A stretch of 64,000 nucleotides of DNA from Bacteroidales bacterium (GCA_038320545.1 JBBQEI010000002.1:59185-123184), one strand, 5' to 3'; counted from the stretch's first letter, positions 17,538 through 28,783 are shown. Numbers and translations are program-made. The notes: generated by a model not told the origin, from the sequence alone.

Positions 17538-18743
17538 TTAATTTCCACAATACTTATTTAATAGCTCTTTGGCTTCGCGATTGCCCTCATTCGATGCTTT
17601 TTGCCAATAATAGCAAGCCGATTTTTTATCTTCCATTTGGTATTTTGCCAATGCTTTACCTAGATTTGCTTCAGCATTCAATGGGTTTAAATCCAATGCC
17701 ATTCCGAAATCTTCATCTGCATTTTTAAGCTTTTTAGATTTTAAACCTATATTTCCCCTCAAAATATAATATTCCACTTTAGATTGATCATTTTGGATTA
17801 AAGCACTTATTTCTTTCAGGGCAGTTAAATAATTCCCTTTTTCATATTCAATTTTTGTTTTAGCTAATCTCACTTCAACACTCTCAGGGGCACAGAAATC
17901 AATAAAACTGACATCCTCACTTACTTTGTTATTATTGCCAAGAATTCTGTTAATTTCAATCCGCAGAAGGTAATACTCCAGCTTAAAAGGGTTGCGGGCT
18001 AAAGCATTGTTAATTGAGGTTAATGCTTCTTTATAGTTTTGCTTTTTAGTAAGTACATTTGATTTTTGAAAATGAAACAAATCATTTGTTGACTTCAGTT
18101 CTAAAGCACGATTAATCGATTTTAGAGAAGCGTCCAATAGATTCTTACTTTCCAGATATTTTGATTGTTTATAAATGAGTTCAGGATTGTTCGGATATTT
18201 AGCCAACGCATCGTCCAGAATTTTGCTGAAATATTCATTGTAATCCATTTCTGAAGCCGAATTTACCTGGTTAATGACTTTTTCAACTTCTGAATAATCA
18301 ACATTTTGCCATAATGATAGCCACTCAGCATCGTTTTTGTATTTTGTAAAAGCTGCATCATTAACAATCTTACTGATTGGCAGCTTGTTTTTTGAGCTGA
18401 AATATTTTTTTAAGTTTTCTACCGATTTGGAGCTATTACCTATCATGGCATAACAACGTGCTATCTCCAATAAACTTGATCCACTTTCATTTTTCTCGGA
18501 GTTATTATAGAACTCCAGTGCTTTTTGATAATCTTTTAAACCATAATAAACATCCCCGGCTATTTTATTATATTTTTTGTTATCCGTTGCCGAAGTCTGG
18601 TTAATAGCTGTTGAAGCTTCTTCATACGAATTTACATTAGCCAGAATACCTGCTTTTATAAGATACTTGTCTGCTACCTGAGAATTTGCATTGTTTAAGG
18701 CTAAAACCGTAAAAATTAAGGAGAAAAATATATATTTTTTCAT
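17538..18743 (-). CDS. tetratricopeptide-repeat protein, secreted
   Basis: 401 aa with a signal peptide and repeated TPR-like A..Y......A..A segments throughout. Confidence 0.75.
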   Translation of the reverse strand: MKKYIFFSLIFTVLALNNANSQVADKYLIKAGILANVNSYEEASTAINQTSATDNKKYNKIAGDVYYGLKDYQKALEFYNNSEKNESGSSLLEIARCYAMIGNSSKSVENLKKYFSSKNKLPISKIVNDAAFTKYKNDAEWLSLWQNVDYSEVEKVINQVNSASEMDYNEYFSKILDDALAKYPNNPELIYKQSKYLESKNLLDASLKSINRALELKSTNDLFHFQKSNVLTKKQNYKEALTSINNALARNPFKLEYYLLRIEINRILGNNNKVSEDVSFIDFCAPESVEVRLAKTKIEYEKGNYLTALKEISALIQNDQSKVEYYILRGNIGLKSKKLKNADEDFGMALDLNPLNAEANLGKALAKYQMEDKKSACYYWQKASNEGNREAKELLNKYCGN

Positions 18744-18758
18744 GTCATTTTTTTATGA

Positions 18759-21380
18759 TTATTCAATAGGAGGCTTTGCATCAGTTCCATAATAGAGATG
18801 TATAAACCCTGTTAGTGTCCGTACTTCAATGCCAGTCAATCTAGGTTCATATATATCGCATAAATAATAATATATTCCGGTGGGTACAAATTTTTTGGAA
18901 TTTATATCCCTACCATCCCAGTTAATGTCAGGATCTTCAGTTTTATATACCAATTTTCCCCAACGATTAAATATTTTCATTTCTACTTTCTTAACGTAAC
19001 TATTTGGATTATATGATCTTAAAATATCATTTTGCTCATCTCCATTGGGACTAAATACATTTGGCAAATCATATCCTATACACTTGTCAATACATATGAG
19101 TGTGGATGGATTGCTCTCATTAGCAAAACTATCAATTGCAACAATTTGATAGCAACCAGCCAGGCTTTCTTTTGATATATGCCTGTAAACGGTGTCGTTT
19201 GCATTATTAATTTCTGCTAATAACTGTAATTCAGAATTCAGAGAGTTTTTAAAGAACAACTTATAAGAAACCACATCGTTTGCACATGAATGATTTGGAT
19301 TATTCCATGTCACAATGTTTACTGAGCTGTCGCAAATTGAATTAACATTAAGTTCAGGTGCACAGGGAGGGGTGGTATCAACTGGTGTTGTGCAGGTAAT
19401 ATGAGACCAGTTTGTATTCGAATACCTGATGCCATTTAGTACTCTGAATCCTCTGCTTCTTACCCGATAGCAAACTTCCTGGTTATTTGGCAAATTATTA
19501 TCAATATATTCTTCGGCATTCGTGGTTCCAATGGAATCCAAAACTTGTGTTACCTTATTTTTCCTAAAAATGGTATATTCATTATTTAACCAGGGGACAT
19601 TTCTTGCAAATTTAATAAGCACGTTGTTATCTCCGGGAGTTAAGTCAGGATACATAGTAGAAGCCACCTCAGCATTACCAATTTGAAAACGGTTGCCAAG
19701 AGCATTATTAAATAATTCAACTTTATATAAATAGGGGTAAACTTCTGTATTTATATTCTGATCGATTAAAAAAGTATCCAGCAGATCATTTGACTGATAG
19801 GTTTTTATTTGAACAAAATTTGTTCCTTCAAAATTATTACTCCTTGAAATGATGTATTCATATGGACCAAGAGCCGGGATAGTATCCAGATTTAACGGTT
19901 TTGCCCACGAAATATATATTTGTCCTGCTGTAGCATTAACATTGGTAACACTTGCATGTAATAATGATGGGCTTCCGGGAATTAAAGTGGTACAAGTTTC
20001 ATCAGAAGGATAACTTTTAGCGCCATCGGGAAATAAAGCAACAATTCTATAACAATAATTAACCCCGAGATTTAAACCAACTCCCCGGTTATTATCGACA
20101 AAATTGACATTGTCTATACCTTTAACTGTACCAACAAGTTCATAACCCGATCCGGGCCTTATTCCACCTACACAGCTATCGGTTACATTGGAAATGGAAG
20201 ATGTACTGCGATAGATTTCATAAGCTGATACTTTGGAACAAATAGATTTGTCCCATTTTAAACTGATTGTATTATAACTTGGTATTGCTGACAGGTTTTT
20301 GGGAGCAGGAGCCATAACCCTGATATTGAAATTGTCAATATCAACCAATTTCAGTTCCGGGTTGTTGTCTTCTGATTTAATCACTACTGTGTAAGGCTGT
20401 TTACGCACATGGTCGCATGTTGTTAACCATCTGAAAGTTGAGCTTACAGTAGCTTTTCCTGTGATTACCGGTTTAAATGTTGCCGAAGATGTTTTTAGCT
20501 CAAATGGGCCTCCGCTTGCTGAAAGTGTGACCAAATCGTTATCAGGATCAGTACTTGTGATAGTTAAATTAATTGAATCACCTGCCAGAACACATATTTC
20601 TTTTAAAGGAGCATTAACAGGAGGGTTGTTTTTTGAATCATAAACCTCTACCTGCATATCGCGGATTATATTATTAATTTTTCGGCCATTTCTCCATTCC
20701 TCAATATTCATGGCAATATTAAATATTCCTAATTCTACAGGGGAATCCCAAACCAAATCGCCGGTAATTGGATCTACGTATAATGTATCGGAAGACTTAG
20801 GAAAACTATAATTTACAATTGGTACTCCATCTTCCGCTGTGCAAACGGTTAGTTTATATGAAATGCTATCCCCGTCAATATCAAATGCACCAGGATTGTG
20901 GATAAACGGATGACGTAAAGCGGCCTTGTCAATTGGATAATTTAGTAAAACCGGTGTATTGTTGGTTCCTAAAGAGGAATTTATAACCATAGTTGTTTTA
21001 ACTGAGAAAACAACATTAACTGAATTGGGAATATTTACCACACCAGCATTACGGTTAGGATCCTCCATTACTATATTGTATGTTCCGGGGCCAGGGAAAG
21101 TATGCCGTATGATATAAGTGTTTTTGTAATATTGATCAGGTAATTCAATTCTTTCCCGACGGGGTGCAACTGAAATTGAATTATCACCCCATCGTACTTC
21201 CAATGCTACCCTTCCACCATTTAGTTCAACAATACTTTGTGTATAGGTAAAGGTTGTAATGGTGAATTCGAATTCGTAATCTGAAATTTGACGGTATGTT
21301 ATTTCACCGGCTCGATTATGGGTAGCCTTAAGTGTTACAACTATGATTAAGAAACAAATTGCAAGTATTAATCTTTTCAT
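18759..21380 (-). CDS. T9SS type-B sorting-domain (gliding-motility-associated C-terminal domain) surface protein
   Basis: The C-terminus PNVFSPNGDEQNDILRSY...KIFNRWGKLVYKTEDPDINWDGRD...GIYYY is the type-B T9SS/CHU_C sorting domain. The N-terminus is a signal peptide plus ATHNRAGEITY. Start placed at ATG 21380 (MKRLILAICF). Confidence 0.85.
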   Translation of the reverse strand: MKRLILAICFLIIVVTLKATHNRAGEITYRQISDYEFEFTITTFTYTQSIVELNGGRVALEVRWGDNSISVAPRRERIELPDQYYKNTYIIRHTFPGPGTYNIVMEDPNRNAGVVNIPNSVNVVFSVKTTMVINSSLGTNNTPVLLNYPIDKAALRHPFIHNPGAFDIDGDSISYKLTVCTAEDGVPIVNYSFPKSSDTLYVDPITGDLVWDSPVELGIFNIAMNIEEWRNGRKINNIIRDMQVEVYDSKNNPPVNAPLKEICVLAGDSINLTITSTDPDNDLVTLSASGGPFELKTSSATFKPVITGKATVSSTFRWLTTCDHVRKQPYTVVIKSEDNNPELKLVDIDNFNIRVMAPAPKNLSAIPSYNTISLKWDKSICSKVSAYEIYRSTSSISNVTDSCVGGIRPGSGYELVGTVKGIDNVNFVDNNRGVGLNLGVNYCYRIVALFPDGAKSYPSDETCTTLIPGSPSLLHASVTNVNATAGQIYISWAKPLNLDTIPALGPYEYIISRSNNFEGTNFVQIKTYQSNDLLDTFLIDQNINTEVYPYLYKVELFNNALGNRFQIGNAEVASTMYPDLTPGDNNVLIKFARNVPWLNNEYTIFRKNKVTQVLDSIGTTNAEEYIDNNLPNNQEVCYRVRSRGFRVLNGIRYSNTNWSHITCTTPVDTTPPCAPELNVNSICDSSVNIVTWNNPNHSCANDVVSYKLFFKNSLNSELQLLAEINNANDTVYRHISKESLAGCYQIVAIDSFANESNPSTLICIDKCIGYDLPNVFSPNGDEQNDILRSYNPNSYVKKVEMKIFNRWGKLVYKTEDPDINWDGRDINSKKFVPTGIYYYLCDIYEPRLTGIEVRTLTGFIHLYYGTDAKPPIE

Positions 21381-21476
21381 AATTCCTTTTTTTAAAACGA
21401 ATGAAAACATTCATTTGACGAAGTTTCACCTTTACAGATTATTTCAATAATAATGATTCAGTGTTACATACATTCC

Positions 21477-21971
21477 CTATAACTTAAAATCTATTTTGTA
21501 GTTTTTGGAGTTTAAATTATAACCTTTTTCATTTCCATCGAAGCTTATAATTAGAAGATTGTTCTGGTTTTCAAATACATCTAACAGAAATCTGTTATTA
21601 ATTTGTATCGAATTTATTTTTCCTTTAACAGGAGCAGAAAAATACAAAAAAATAGCATCATCTTTAATTTCATAACTTTTAAAAACAAGTGGAATATTGG
21701 TTTTGTTATTTATCTGAAACGAAAACATTTTTTTGAAATAGATATTCACATATTTTTCCCATTCAGGGTTGATATTATCCTTTCCAAGATTAAGCATTAT
21801 ATTATAATTGTGCATAAATGCGAGCTCTAAATCATCGGGAAATGCTTTTACAGAAATGGTTGCTGCTTTTTCTTTCGACGAGTATTCAACATTCAATACG
21901 GAAACATGCACAGGGTGCATAAATGAGTTTACAAAGAGAATTATTGATAAAAATAATTTAATCAGGTACAC
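21477..21971 (-). CDS. hypothetical protein, DUF6702-like
   Basis: 164 aa. HPVHVSVLNVEYSSKEKAATISVKAFPDDLE resembles the H-x-x-Y/H-V-S N-terminal block I associate with DUF6702. Confidence 0.45.
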   Translation of the reverse strand: MYLIKLFLSIILFVNSFMHPVHVSVLNVEYSSKEKAATISVKAFPDDLELAFMHNYNIMLNLGKDNINPEWEKYVNIYFKKMFSFQINNKTNIPLVFKSYEIKDDAIFLYFSAPVKGKINSIQINNRFLLDVFENQNNLLIISFDGNEKGYNLNSKNYKIDFKL

Positions 21972-22048
21972 TTGCTTTAGTTTTGTTACAAATTTATAAT
22001 TATTTTACTTTGCTTTTGGCCTAATTTAGGTTTATTAACACTAAAAAG

Positions 22049-22951
22049 ATGGATTGGAATGAAGAAATAAAGGAATTTATTATTTTTCTAAAACTTGAAA
22101 AAGCAGTTTCTGTCAATACTATTTCAGCTTACACCGCCGATCTGGAAAAATTCTGCAGTTTTTTGCAGGAAAAAGGATTGTTATTGTCACCTGATAAAAT
22201 TGATATGAAGGTGCTTGAAAGTTTTCTATTACATATTTCAACCGAAAATCTCAGCGCCCGCACACAAGCCAGAACTATTTCTGGAATCCGTTCTTTTTTC
22301 AGATATCTACAGATTGAAGATAAAATTGAAGATGATCCTACTGAATTGCTCGAATTTCCAAAAATAGGACGAAAGCTTCCCGATGTTCTGACTTTAATGG
22401 AAATAGACCAGATTGAAGCTGCAATTGATCTGAGCAAACCAGAAGGCCACAGGAATAAAGCGATGATTGAAACTATGTACAGTTGTGGTTTGCGGGTATC
22501 AGAGCTTATCAATCTTAAATATTCCGAAACATTCTTTGAAGAAGCTTTTATAAGAATTGTGGGGAAAGGCAATAAAGAAAGACTTATTCCAATAAGCCCC
22601 AAAGCCATTAAAGAAATTAAGTTTTATGAAGAAAAATACCGAAATCATATTGATATTAAAAAGCCTTATGCCGATTTTATATTTTTAAACAGACGAGGTA
22701 AATCATTGTCGCGGGTTATGGTTTTTACTATCGTAAAGCAATTGGCAAAATTAGCAGGAATCCACAAAACAATAAGTCCTCATACTTTCAGACATTCGTT
22801 TGCGACACACCTAATAGAGGGAGGGGCCGACCTAAGGGCAGTTCAGGAAATGTTAGGGCATGAGTCAATTCTTACTACCGAAATTTACACCCATATCGAT
22901 AGAGAATATCTGCGGGAAGCGATCCTTCAATTTCATCCCAGAGGAAAATAG
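22049..22951 (+). CDS. xerD: site-specific tyrosine recombinase XerD
   Basis: 300 aa with catalytic-region blocks GLRVSELINL, HTFRHSFATHLIEGGADLRAVQEMLGH and TTEIYTH. Confidence 0.9.
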   Translation: MDWNEEIKEFIIFLKLEKAVSVNTISAYTADLEKFCSFLQEKGLLLSPDKIDMKVLESFLLHISTENLSARTQARTISGIRSFFRYLQIEDKIEDDPTELLEFPKIGRKLPDVLTLMEIDQIEAAIDLSKPEGHRNKAMIETMYSCGLRVSELINLKYSETFFEEAFIRIVGKGNKERLIPISPKAIKEIKFYEEKYRNHIDIKKPYADFIFLNRRGKSLSRVMVFTIVKQLAKLAGIHKTISPHTFRHSFATHLIEGGADLRAVQEMLGHESILTTEIYTHIDREYLREAILQFHPRGK

Positions 22952-23082
22952 CTTAATTCTACAATGTTTATAAATTAATTATATACCCTTACTAATTGAT
23001 ATTAATATAAATATAAGGGTTACCCAGATGATTTATTGGAATTAATTACAAACTTTAAAGTAATACAATGAAAAAAATCAGT

Positions 23083-23090
23083 AATTTTGT
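23083..23090 (+). promoter_or_regulatory. -7 box TAATTTTG for ppdK
   Basis: Matches TAnnTTTG, about 60 nt upstream of the ATG at 23153. Confidence 0.4.
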
Positions 23091-23152
23091 AACTTAATTT
23101 TTTTTATAATAACCATATATTATTGAAATACAAACAATTAAAAAGAAGTAAA

Positions 23153-25879
23153 ATGTCAAAAGTTAAACGAGTCTATTTTTTTGGTGCTAAAAACGCTGAT
23201 GGAAGAGCAGATATGAAAAATTTGCTGGGTGGTAAAGGTGCCAACCTCGCTGAAATGTGTTTATTGGGTTTACCTGTTCCTGCTGGCTTTACAGTAACTA
23301 CAGATGTATGTACTGAATATTATGCTAACGACTGTCAGTTGCCTGCTGAATTAATGCCTGAAGTTTGGGAAAATATGAAGAAGGTAGAAGCCGTAATGGG
23401 AATGAAATATGGTGATCCTGAAAATGCATTACTAGTATCTTGCCGTTCAGGCGCTCGCAGTTCAATGCCAGGTATGATGGATACCGTTTTGAATGTTGGA
23501 CTTAGTTCTGCAACAATTCCAGGTTTTATCAAAAAAACAAATAACCCTCGTTTCGTTTGGGATTCTTACCGTCGTTTAATTATGATGTATGCCGATGTGG
23601 TAATGGAAAAAGCAGAAGGCATTGAAGCAAAAGATGGTAAAGGTATACGTAAAGTTTTGGACGAAATGCTCGACGCATTTAAACATAGCAAAGGATACAA
23701 ATCGGATACTGATATTACGGCTGACGAATTAAAATTCCTCTCCGACGAATTTAAGAAAAAAGTTAAAGAAGTATTAGGAAAAGAATTTCCTGATGATGCA
23801 AGGGAGCAAGTTGAAGGTGGTATCAAAGCTGTTTTCAAAAGCTGGAATGGTAAAAAAGCTATTTCTTACCGTCGTATCGAAGGTATTCCTGATGAGTGGG
23901 GAACTGCTGTAAACGTACAGGCCATGGTATTTGGTAACATGGGCGACACTTCTGCTACCGGTGTTGCTTTTACACGTAACCCTGCAACAGGAGAAAATAA
24001 ATTCTATGGCGAATGGTTGGTAAATGCACAAGGTGAAGACGTTGTTGCCGGTATCCGTACTCCTAGTCCATTGAATGACGACACTAAAAATGATCAGAAT
24101 AGACATCTTCACAGTATGCAAGAAGGTTATCCTGCTCTATACAAAGAATTAGATGATATTCGTTTAAATCTTGAAAAAGCATACAAAGACATGCTTGATA
24201 TCGAGTTCACTATTCAGGAAGGTAAATTATACATGTTACAGTGCCGTGCTGGTAAACGTACCGGTACCGCTGCATTGAACATGGCTATGGACATGCTTGC
24301 TGAAGGTCTGATCGACGAAAAGAAAGCTGTTACCCGCGTTGAGCCTGCTCAGCTGGATGAGTTACTTCACCCAATCTGCGACCCTGCTGAAGAAAAGAAA
24401 GTATCAGTATTGGTAAAAGGTTTGCCTGCCGGTCCTGGTGCTGCTGTAGGTAAAATAGTATTTACTGCTGAAGACGCAGTTGCATGGCATCGTAAAGGCG
24501 AAAAGGTAATTCTTCTTCGCGAAGAAACCAACCCTGAAGACGTTGAAGGGATGCGTGCTGCTGAAGGCATCTTAACCGCCCGCGGTGGTATGACTTCGCA
24601 CGCTGCTCTTGTAGCCCGTGGTTGGGGTAAATGCTGTATCGTAGGTGCTGGTGGATTACATGTGAATGTAGCTGGTAAAACCTGTAAAATTGCAGGTACT
24701 GATGTAGTATTAAAAGAAGGTGATTTGGTTACCATGAATGGTACCAAAGGAAATGTTTACCTGGGTGCTCTGAAATTAATGGATGCTTCTGAAAATCCTC
24801 GTTTCAAAGCTTTCATGACCATCGTTGACAAATTCCGCACCATGGGTGTTCGCACAAATGCCGAAACTCCTCAGGATGCAGAGATTGCCCGCAGCTATGG
24901 AGCCGAAGGTATCGGTCTTTTCCGTACCGAACATATGTTCTATGGAGAAGGTTCTGAACAACCACTTTTCCTGTTACGCAAGATGATCTTAAGTGATGGT
25001 AAAGATGAGAGAGTGAAAGCTTTGAAAGAATTATCATCATTTGTGAAGAAAGATATTAAAGCTACTTTATTGGCAATGGATACCTTTCCGGTTACTTTCC
25101 GTTTACTCGATCCACCTTTGCACGAATTTGTTCCTGTAAGCAAAGAAAAACAGGCTGAATTGGCAAAAGCATTGGGTATTTCTCCTGAAGCTGTTGCAAA
25201 ACGTGGTGATGCATTACACGAAAGCAACCCAATGATGGGCCACCGTGGTGTTCGTTTGGGTATTACCTATCCGGAAGTATCGGAAATGCAGATTCGGGCT
25301 ATTTTCGAAGCTACTGTTGAATTAATCAAGGAAGGTAAACAACCTCATCCTGAAATTATGGTTCCTGTAACCAGCGATGTTTCTGAAATTGATTTCACAA
25401 AAAAAATCGCAGATAAGGTTTATGCTGAAGTTTGTGCTGCAGCTGGTGTTAAATCAATTGACTATAAATATGGTACCATGATTGAAATACCACGCGCTTG
25501 TTTATTAGCTAACAAAATGGCTAAAACTGCCGAATTCTTTTCATTTGGAACCAACGACTTAACCCAGATGACATTTGGTTTCAGCCGTGACGATACAGGT
25601 GGATTCATGAATGAATATCTTGACAACAAAATATTAGCTGCTGATCCTTTCCAGACTATTGACCAGGAAGGTGTTGGCCAGTTAATTGAAATGGCTGTTA
25701 CTAAAGGACGTGGCGTACGCAAAGACCTTAAAGTTGGTATTTGCGGCGAACAGGGCGGTGATCCTGCCTCAGTTGAATTCTGCTTCAAAGCAGGTTTAAC
25801 TTATGTAAGTTGCTCTCCTTTCCGTATACCTATTGCCCGTTTAGCTGCTGCGCAAGCTGCAATTAAAGCTGGAAAGTAA
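23153..25879 (+). CDS. ppdK: pyruvate, phosphate dikinase
   Basis: About 908 aa. N-terminus VYFFG...GRADMKNLLGGKGANLAEM, phospho-His loop RGGMTSHAALVARGWGK, C-terminal TIM-barrel segments FFSFGTNDLTQ and VGICGEQGGDP. Start at ATG 23153 rather than TTG 23123. Confidence 0.97.
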   Translation: MSKVKRVYFFGAKNADGRADMKNLLGGKGANLAEMCLLGLPVPAGFTVTTDVCTEYYANDCQLPAELMPEVWENMKKVEAVMGMKYGDPENALLVSCRSGARSSMPGMMDTVLNVGLSSATIPGFIKKTNNPRFVWDSYRRLIMMYADVVMEKAEGIEAKDGKGIRKVLDEMLDAFKHSKGYKSDTDITADELKFLSDEFKKKVKEVLGKEFPDDAREQVEGGIKAVFKSWNGKKAISYRRIEGIPDEWGTAVNVQAMVFGNMGDTSATGVAFTRNPATGENKFYGEWLVNAQGEDVVAGIRTPSPLNDDTKNDQNRHLHSMQEGYPALYKELDDIRLNLEKAYKDMLDIEFTIQEGKLYMLQCRAGKRTGTAALNMAMDMLAEGLIDEKKAVTRVEPAQLDELLHPICDPAEEKKVSVLVKGLPAGPGAAVGKIVFTAEDAVAWHRKGEKVILLREETNPEDVEGMRAAEGILTARGGMTSHAALVARGWGKCCIVGAGGLHVNVAGKTCKIAGTDVVLKEGDLVTMNGTKGNVYLGALKLMDASENPRFKAFMTIVDKFRTMGVRTNAETPQDAEIARSYGAEGIGLFRTEHMFYGEGSEQPLFLLRKMILSDGKDERVKALKELSSFVKKDIKATLLAMDTFPVTFRLLDPPLHEFVPVSKEKQAELAKALGISPEAVAKRGDALHESNPMMGHRGVRLGITYPEVSEMQIRAIFEATVELIKEGKQPHPEIMVPVTSDVSEIDFTKKIADKVYAEVCAAAGVKSIDYKYGTMIEIPRACLLANKMAKTAEFFSFGTNDLTQMTFGFSRDDTGGFMNEYLDNKILAADPFQTIDQEGVGQLIEMAVTKGRGVRKDLKVGICGEQGGDPASVEFCFKAGLTYVSCSPFRIPIARLAAAQAAIKAGK

Positions 25880-25922
25880 TTTTGAGACTATAGACTAATA
25901 GCTTTAGCTGTTAGTAAAATAA

Positions 25923-25951
25923 TAAAAAAAGCGGCTGAAAGCCGCTTTTTT
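25923..25951. terminator. bidirectional rho-independent terminator (ppdK / MFS gene)
   Basis: aaaaaaa-gcggct-gaa-agccgc-ttttttt between convergent genes. Confidence 0.8.
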
Positions 25952-26065
25952 TATTACTTATAATTCAAATAAATTACGTTTTCTTTATCAGTGAGACTTT
26001 GATGTTGTCGTAAGTAATTTAAGTTTTTCTGATATTGGAATAAATTATTAATGCTAATTGGAATT

Positions 26066-27454
26066 TTATGATTTTTTTGTGATTTGTGATCCATTCCACG
26101 AAGTATACACTGCCAAACAACAAAGTATGGCCATGATAATAAATATTGTATGCAATGCCGACATAAACTGCGGAAGTACATCTGTAGTAATCTTAACTTT
26201 GCCAACCACCATGGAGAGAACCATCATGGTAATCCCCATACTCATTGCCTGACCGGCAAGCCTCATTGTATTTGTTGTGGCCGATGCCATTCCTAAATGC
26301 TTTTTTTCAATCGAGCCCATTATTACATTGATATTCGGTGATGAAAAAAGCCCGAAACCTATACCCATAAAAACCGATATAATTACAATCAAGGTTATTG
26401 AAGTTGACGAATCCAGTAATAACATCAGCAATAAGCCTATAACAATAATTGCCATTCCGGCAGTTGCCAGAAAACGGGCATCGATTTTATCAGACCATCT
26501 TCCCGCCAATGGCGATATTATTGCCATAACTACTGGTTGAATTATAAGGATAAAACCTGCATTTTGTGTATTAAATCCTTTTATATATTGCAGGTACAAA
26601 CTTAAAAGAAAAGAAATGGCATAGGTAGCTGCATAATTTATCAGGGAAGCTGAGCTGGCAAAACCGAATACCTTATTTTCCCAGAACAACCGGACATGCA
26701 TCACAGGAAAAGGTATCTTTTTTTCATACAGTACAAAGGCCACTAACATGACTATACCTAGAATTATCAAAAAAAAACTTTTTAAAGCAGGTAAATTTGA
26801 AAAGCCAAACATGAGAGAACTTAAGCCAATTCCGTAAAGTATTGCACCAATCCAGTCAAACGATTTCTGATCCGGTTCTTTCCATTCGTCTTTTATAAGA
26901 ACAATAAGCCCAATGAGAACAAGAACCCCAACCATACCTGTTACAAAAAAAATACTTCTCCAGCCAAGATAATGTGTAAGTATTCCACCAATGAATGGCC
27001 CTGATGATAAGGATATATAAACAACTGCTGTATTGATGCCTAATGCTTTTCCACGTTCGTTGGGTGGAAAAACAGTTGTCAGAATAGCCATATTTGTAGC
27101 AAACATCATCGATGCACCTATCCCCTGGAATAATCTGCCAATAATTAATGTATTTCCGGAATTAGCAAAGCCGCACAATAAGGTGGATATCAAAAACACC
27201 AGGATTCCAATTACAAAGATCTTTTTTCTTCCTACTCTGTCGGCAAGTTTGCTGAATGGTACAGGTAATATAGCGGAACTTAAAAGAAATATTGAAACTA
27301 TCCAGCTTAGTGAAATTGCGTTAAGGGAAAATTCATTGGCAATCAGAGGAAGGGCAAGGTTCATTGCCGATCCCATAAATGGCATCAGCATTGTAGCCAT
27401 GCAAATTATAAAAAGGATTGTATGCCGGTTAGTTTTTGATTCTGTACTGGTCAT
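26066..27454 (-). CDS. MFS transporter, DHA2 (EmrB/QacA-like, about 14 TM) drug:H+ antiporter family
   Basis: 462 aa, hydrophobic throughout, with the loop motif LADRVGRKKIF between TM2 and TM3. Confidence 0.85.
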   Translation of the reverse strand: MTSTESKTNRHTILFIICMATMLMPFMGSAMNLALPLIANEFSLNAISLSWIVSIFLLSSAILPVPFSKLADRVGRKKIFVIGILVFLISTLLCGFANSGNTLIIGRLFQGIGASMMFATNMAILTTVFPPNERGKALGINTAVVYISLSSGPFIGGILTHYLGWRSIFFVTGMVGVLVLIGLIVLIKDEWKEPDQKSFDWIGAILYGIGLSSLMFGFSNLPALKSFFLIILGIVMLVAFVLYEKKIPFPVMHVRLFWENKVFGFASSASLINYAATYAISFLLSLYLQYIKGFNTQNAGFILIIQPVVMAIISPLAGRWSDKIDARFLATAGMAIIVIGLLLMLLLDSSTSITLIVIISVFMGIGFGLFSSPNINVIMGSIEKKHLGMASATTNTMRLAGQAMSMGITMMVLSMVVGKVKITTDVLPQFMSALHTIFIIMAILCCLAVYTSWNGSQITKKS

Positions 27455-27781
27455 ATGTTCAGGATAATTATTATTGTAAGCAAAGATATAATTCTGCTTA
27501 CATTAAAATCGGTTTTCTGGATGGAGTAATGGGAGGAAAATACATTTGAAATAATCTCACAAGGGCAAATATAGCAGCCTATGCTGAATTAAAAATCTTT
27601 TTACAAAGGTTAGCAAAAATCTGACATAAGTTGCGAAGTCGAAGTACGAAATACTTTTAATGAATGTTACGTAATCCTTGTATTGCGCAGCCAAATATGT
27701 ACCACCGTTAAAAGAAAGAGCACGAATGTATTTAATTGATAGCAGTCCTTAATTGTTTGTATGTTTGGTTTTCTTTCAATT

Positions 27782-28774
27782 CTAATATTTTACCTTATCA
27801 TGAGTTAATACCTGTGGATGGTTATAAATTTCCTTTACTCGCTGAGGAGTATTATCTGTTTTAATCCAGTTGGCCCAAACCATGAACCATGCCCATTGAG
27901 ATTGTACCTGAAGTATTTCGGCTTTTGGCAATTCGCCACATTCACCAATGGTAATCAGTTTCCCTTTGGCTAACCCGAGCAATTCGTTATAATCTTTGGT
28001 TTCATAATCGAAATTATAAACATCGGTAGCCAAAACATCTACATATTCGGCGCCCGGATAATAATCCTGGTAGGGGAATGCTTCATCGAATGGAATATCC
28101 CTTGGCGCATTGGCATTCCAAACCCAAAGAAGGTTATTGATTTTATGATAATTCACAAACCTGTCGAACATCATTTTAAAAAGTTTCTGATAACCATCTG
28201 GGCCTTTTTTATCTCCCCACCAGAACCATACTCCGTTCATTTCGTGATATGGCCGCCACAAAACCGGAACATTTGCATCCCTAAGCTGTTTCAGATAACC
28301 TGCAATTTCATCTACCTGTGCTTCCCATCTTTTATAAAGTTGGGTACCAGGTGTGGTTATTTCTTTCCATTCCTTATCGGTTACTTCCCCCTGGATACTT
28401 TCTTTCCATCCATAAGGCGGATTATCGGTTGGTCTGCCTGAATGCCACATCAAAGTAACAATATAGCCTTCGCTGTTTTTTTTAATAGCTTCTTTAACAA
28501 TTTCAGGACCCATGCTTTTGGTTCCACTTAAGATGAAATCGGAACCCCATATGGCAGAATAAAGCCCTGTAATGGATTTAACGGTGTCGCTGTACTGATT
28601 CAAGGAGTGATTGTAATTATGCTGACCCGCAATGGTTTTCTTTCCTTTGTTGCTGTAAAGGTATTTCAATAGCTTTTTAGCCTCAGTAGAAGCATTTTTA
28701 TTCACCGGGACAAATTCCTGAGCAGAAGCACAGGCGAATATCGCCAGCATCCCCATAAGAAAAATATTTTTCAT
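27782..28774 (-). CDS. glycoside hydrolase family 26 (beta-mannanase-like)
   Basis: 330 aa with a signal peptide and the GH26 hallmark VLWRPYHEMNGVWFWWG. Confidence 0.8.
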   Translation of the reverse strand: MKNIFLMGMLAIFACASAQEFVPVNKNASTEAKKLLKYLYSNKGKKTIAGQHNYNHSLNQYSDTVKSITGLYSAIWGSDFILSGTKSMGPEIVKEAIKKNSEGYIVTLMWHSGRPTDNPPYGWKESIQGEVTDKEWKEITTPGTQLYKRWEAQVDEIAGYLKQLRDANVPVLWRPYHEMNGVWFWWGDKKGPDGYQKLFKMMFDRFVNYHKINNLLWVWNANAPRDIPFDEAFPYQDYYPGAEYVDVLATDVYNFDYETKDYNELLGLAKGKLITIGECGELPKAEILQVQSQWAWFMVWANWIKTDNTPQRVKEIYNHPQVLTHDKVKY

Positions 28775-28783
28775 GAAAAAGGC

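Noticed and set aside
22049-22951. Tyrosine recombinase as a marker of an integrated mobile element
   Set aside because: The sequence is XerD-like along its whole length. The neighbours are housekeeping genes (ppdK, T9SS cargo), and no flanking repeats or cargo genes are seen.
23335-25788. Many long antisense ORFs inside ppdK (for example 23774..24121, 24367..24747, 25462..25788)
   Set aside because: ppdK is unambiguous on the + strand. Strong codon bias with few reverse-frame stop codons explains the open antisense frames, and their translations are low-complexity.
26058-27467. Plus-strand ORFs overlapping the MFS transporter gene (26058..26252, 26277..26540, 27033..27467) and ORF 25954..26205
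   Set aside because: They are antisense shadows of, or overlap, a clearly polytopic MFS coding frame. They have no independent support.
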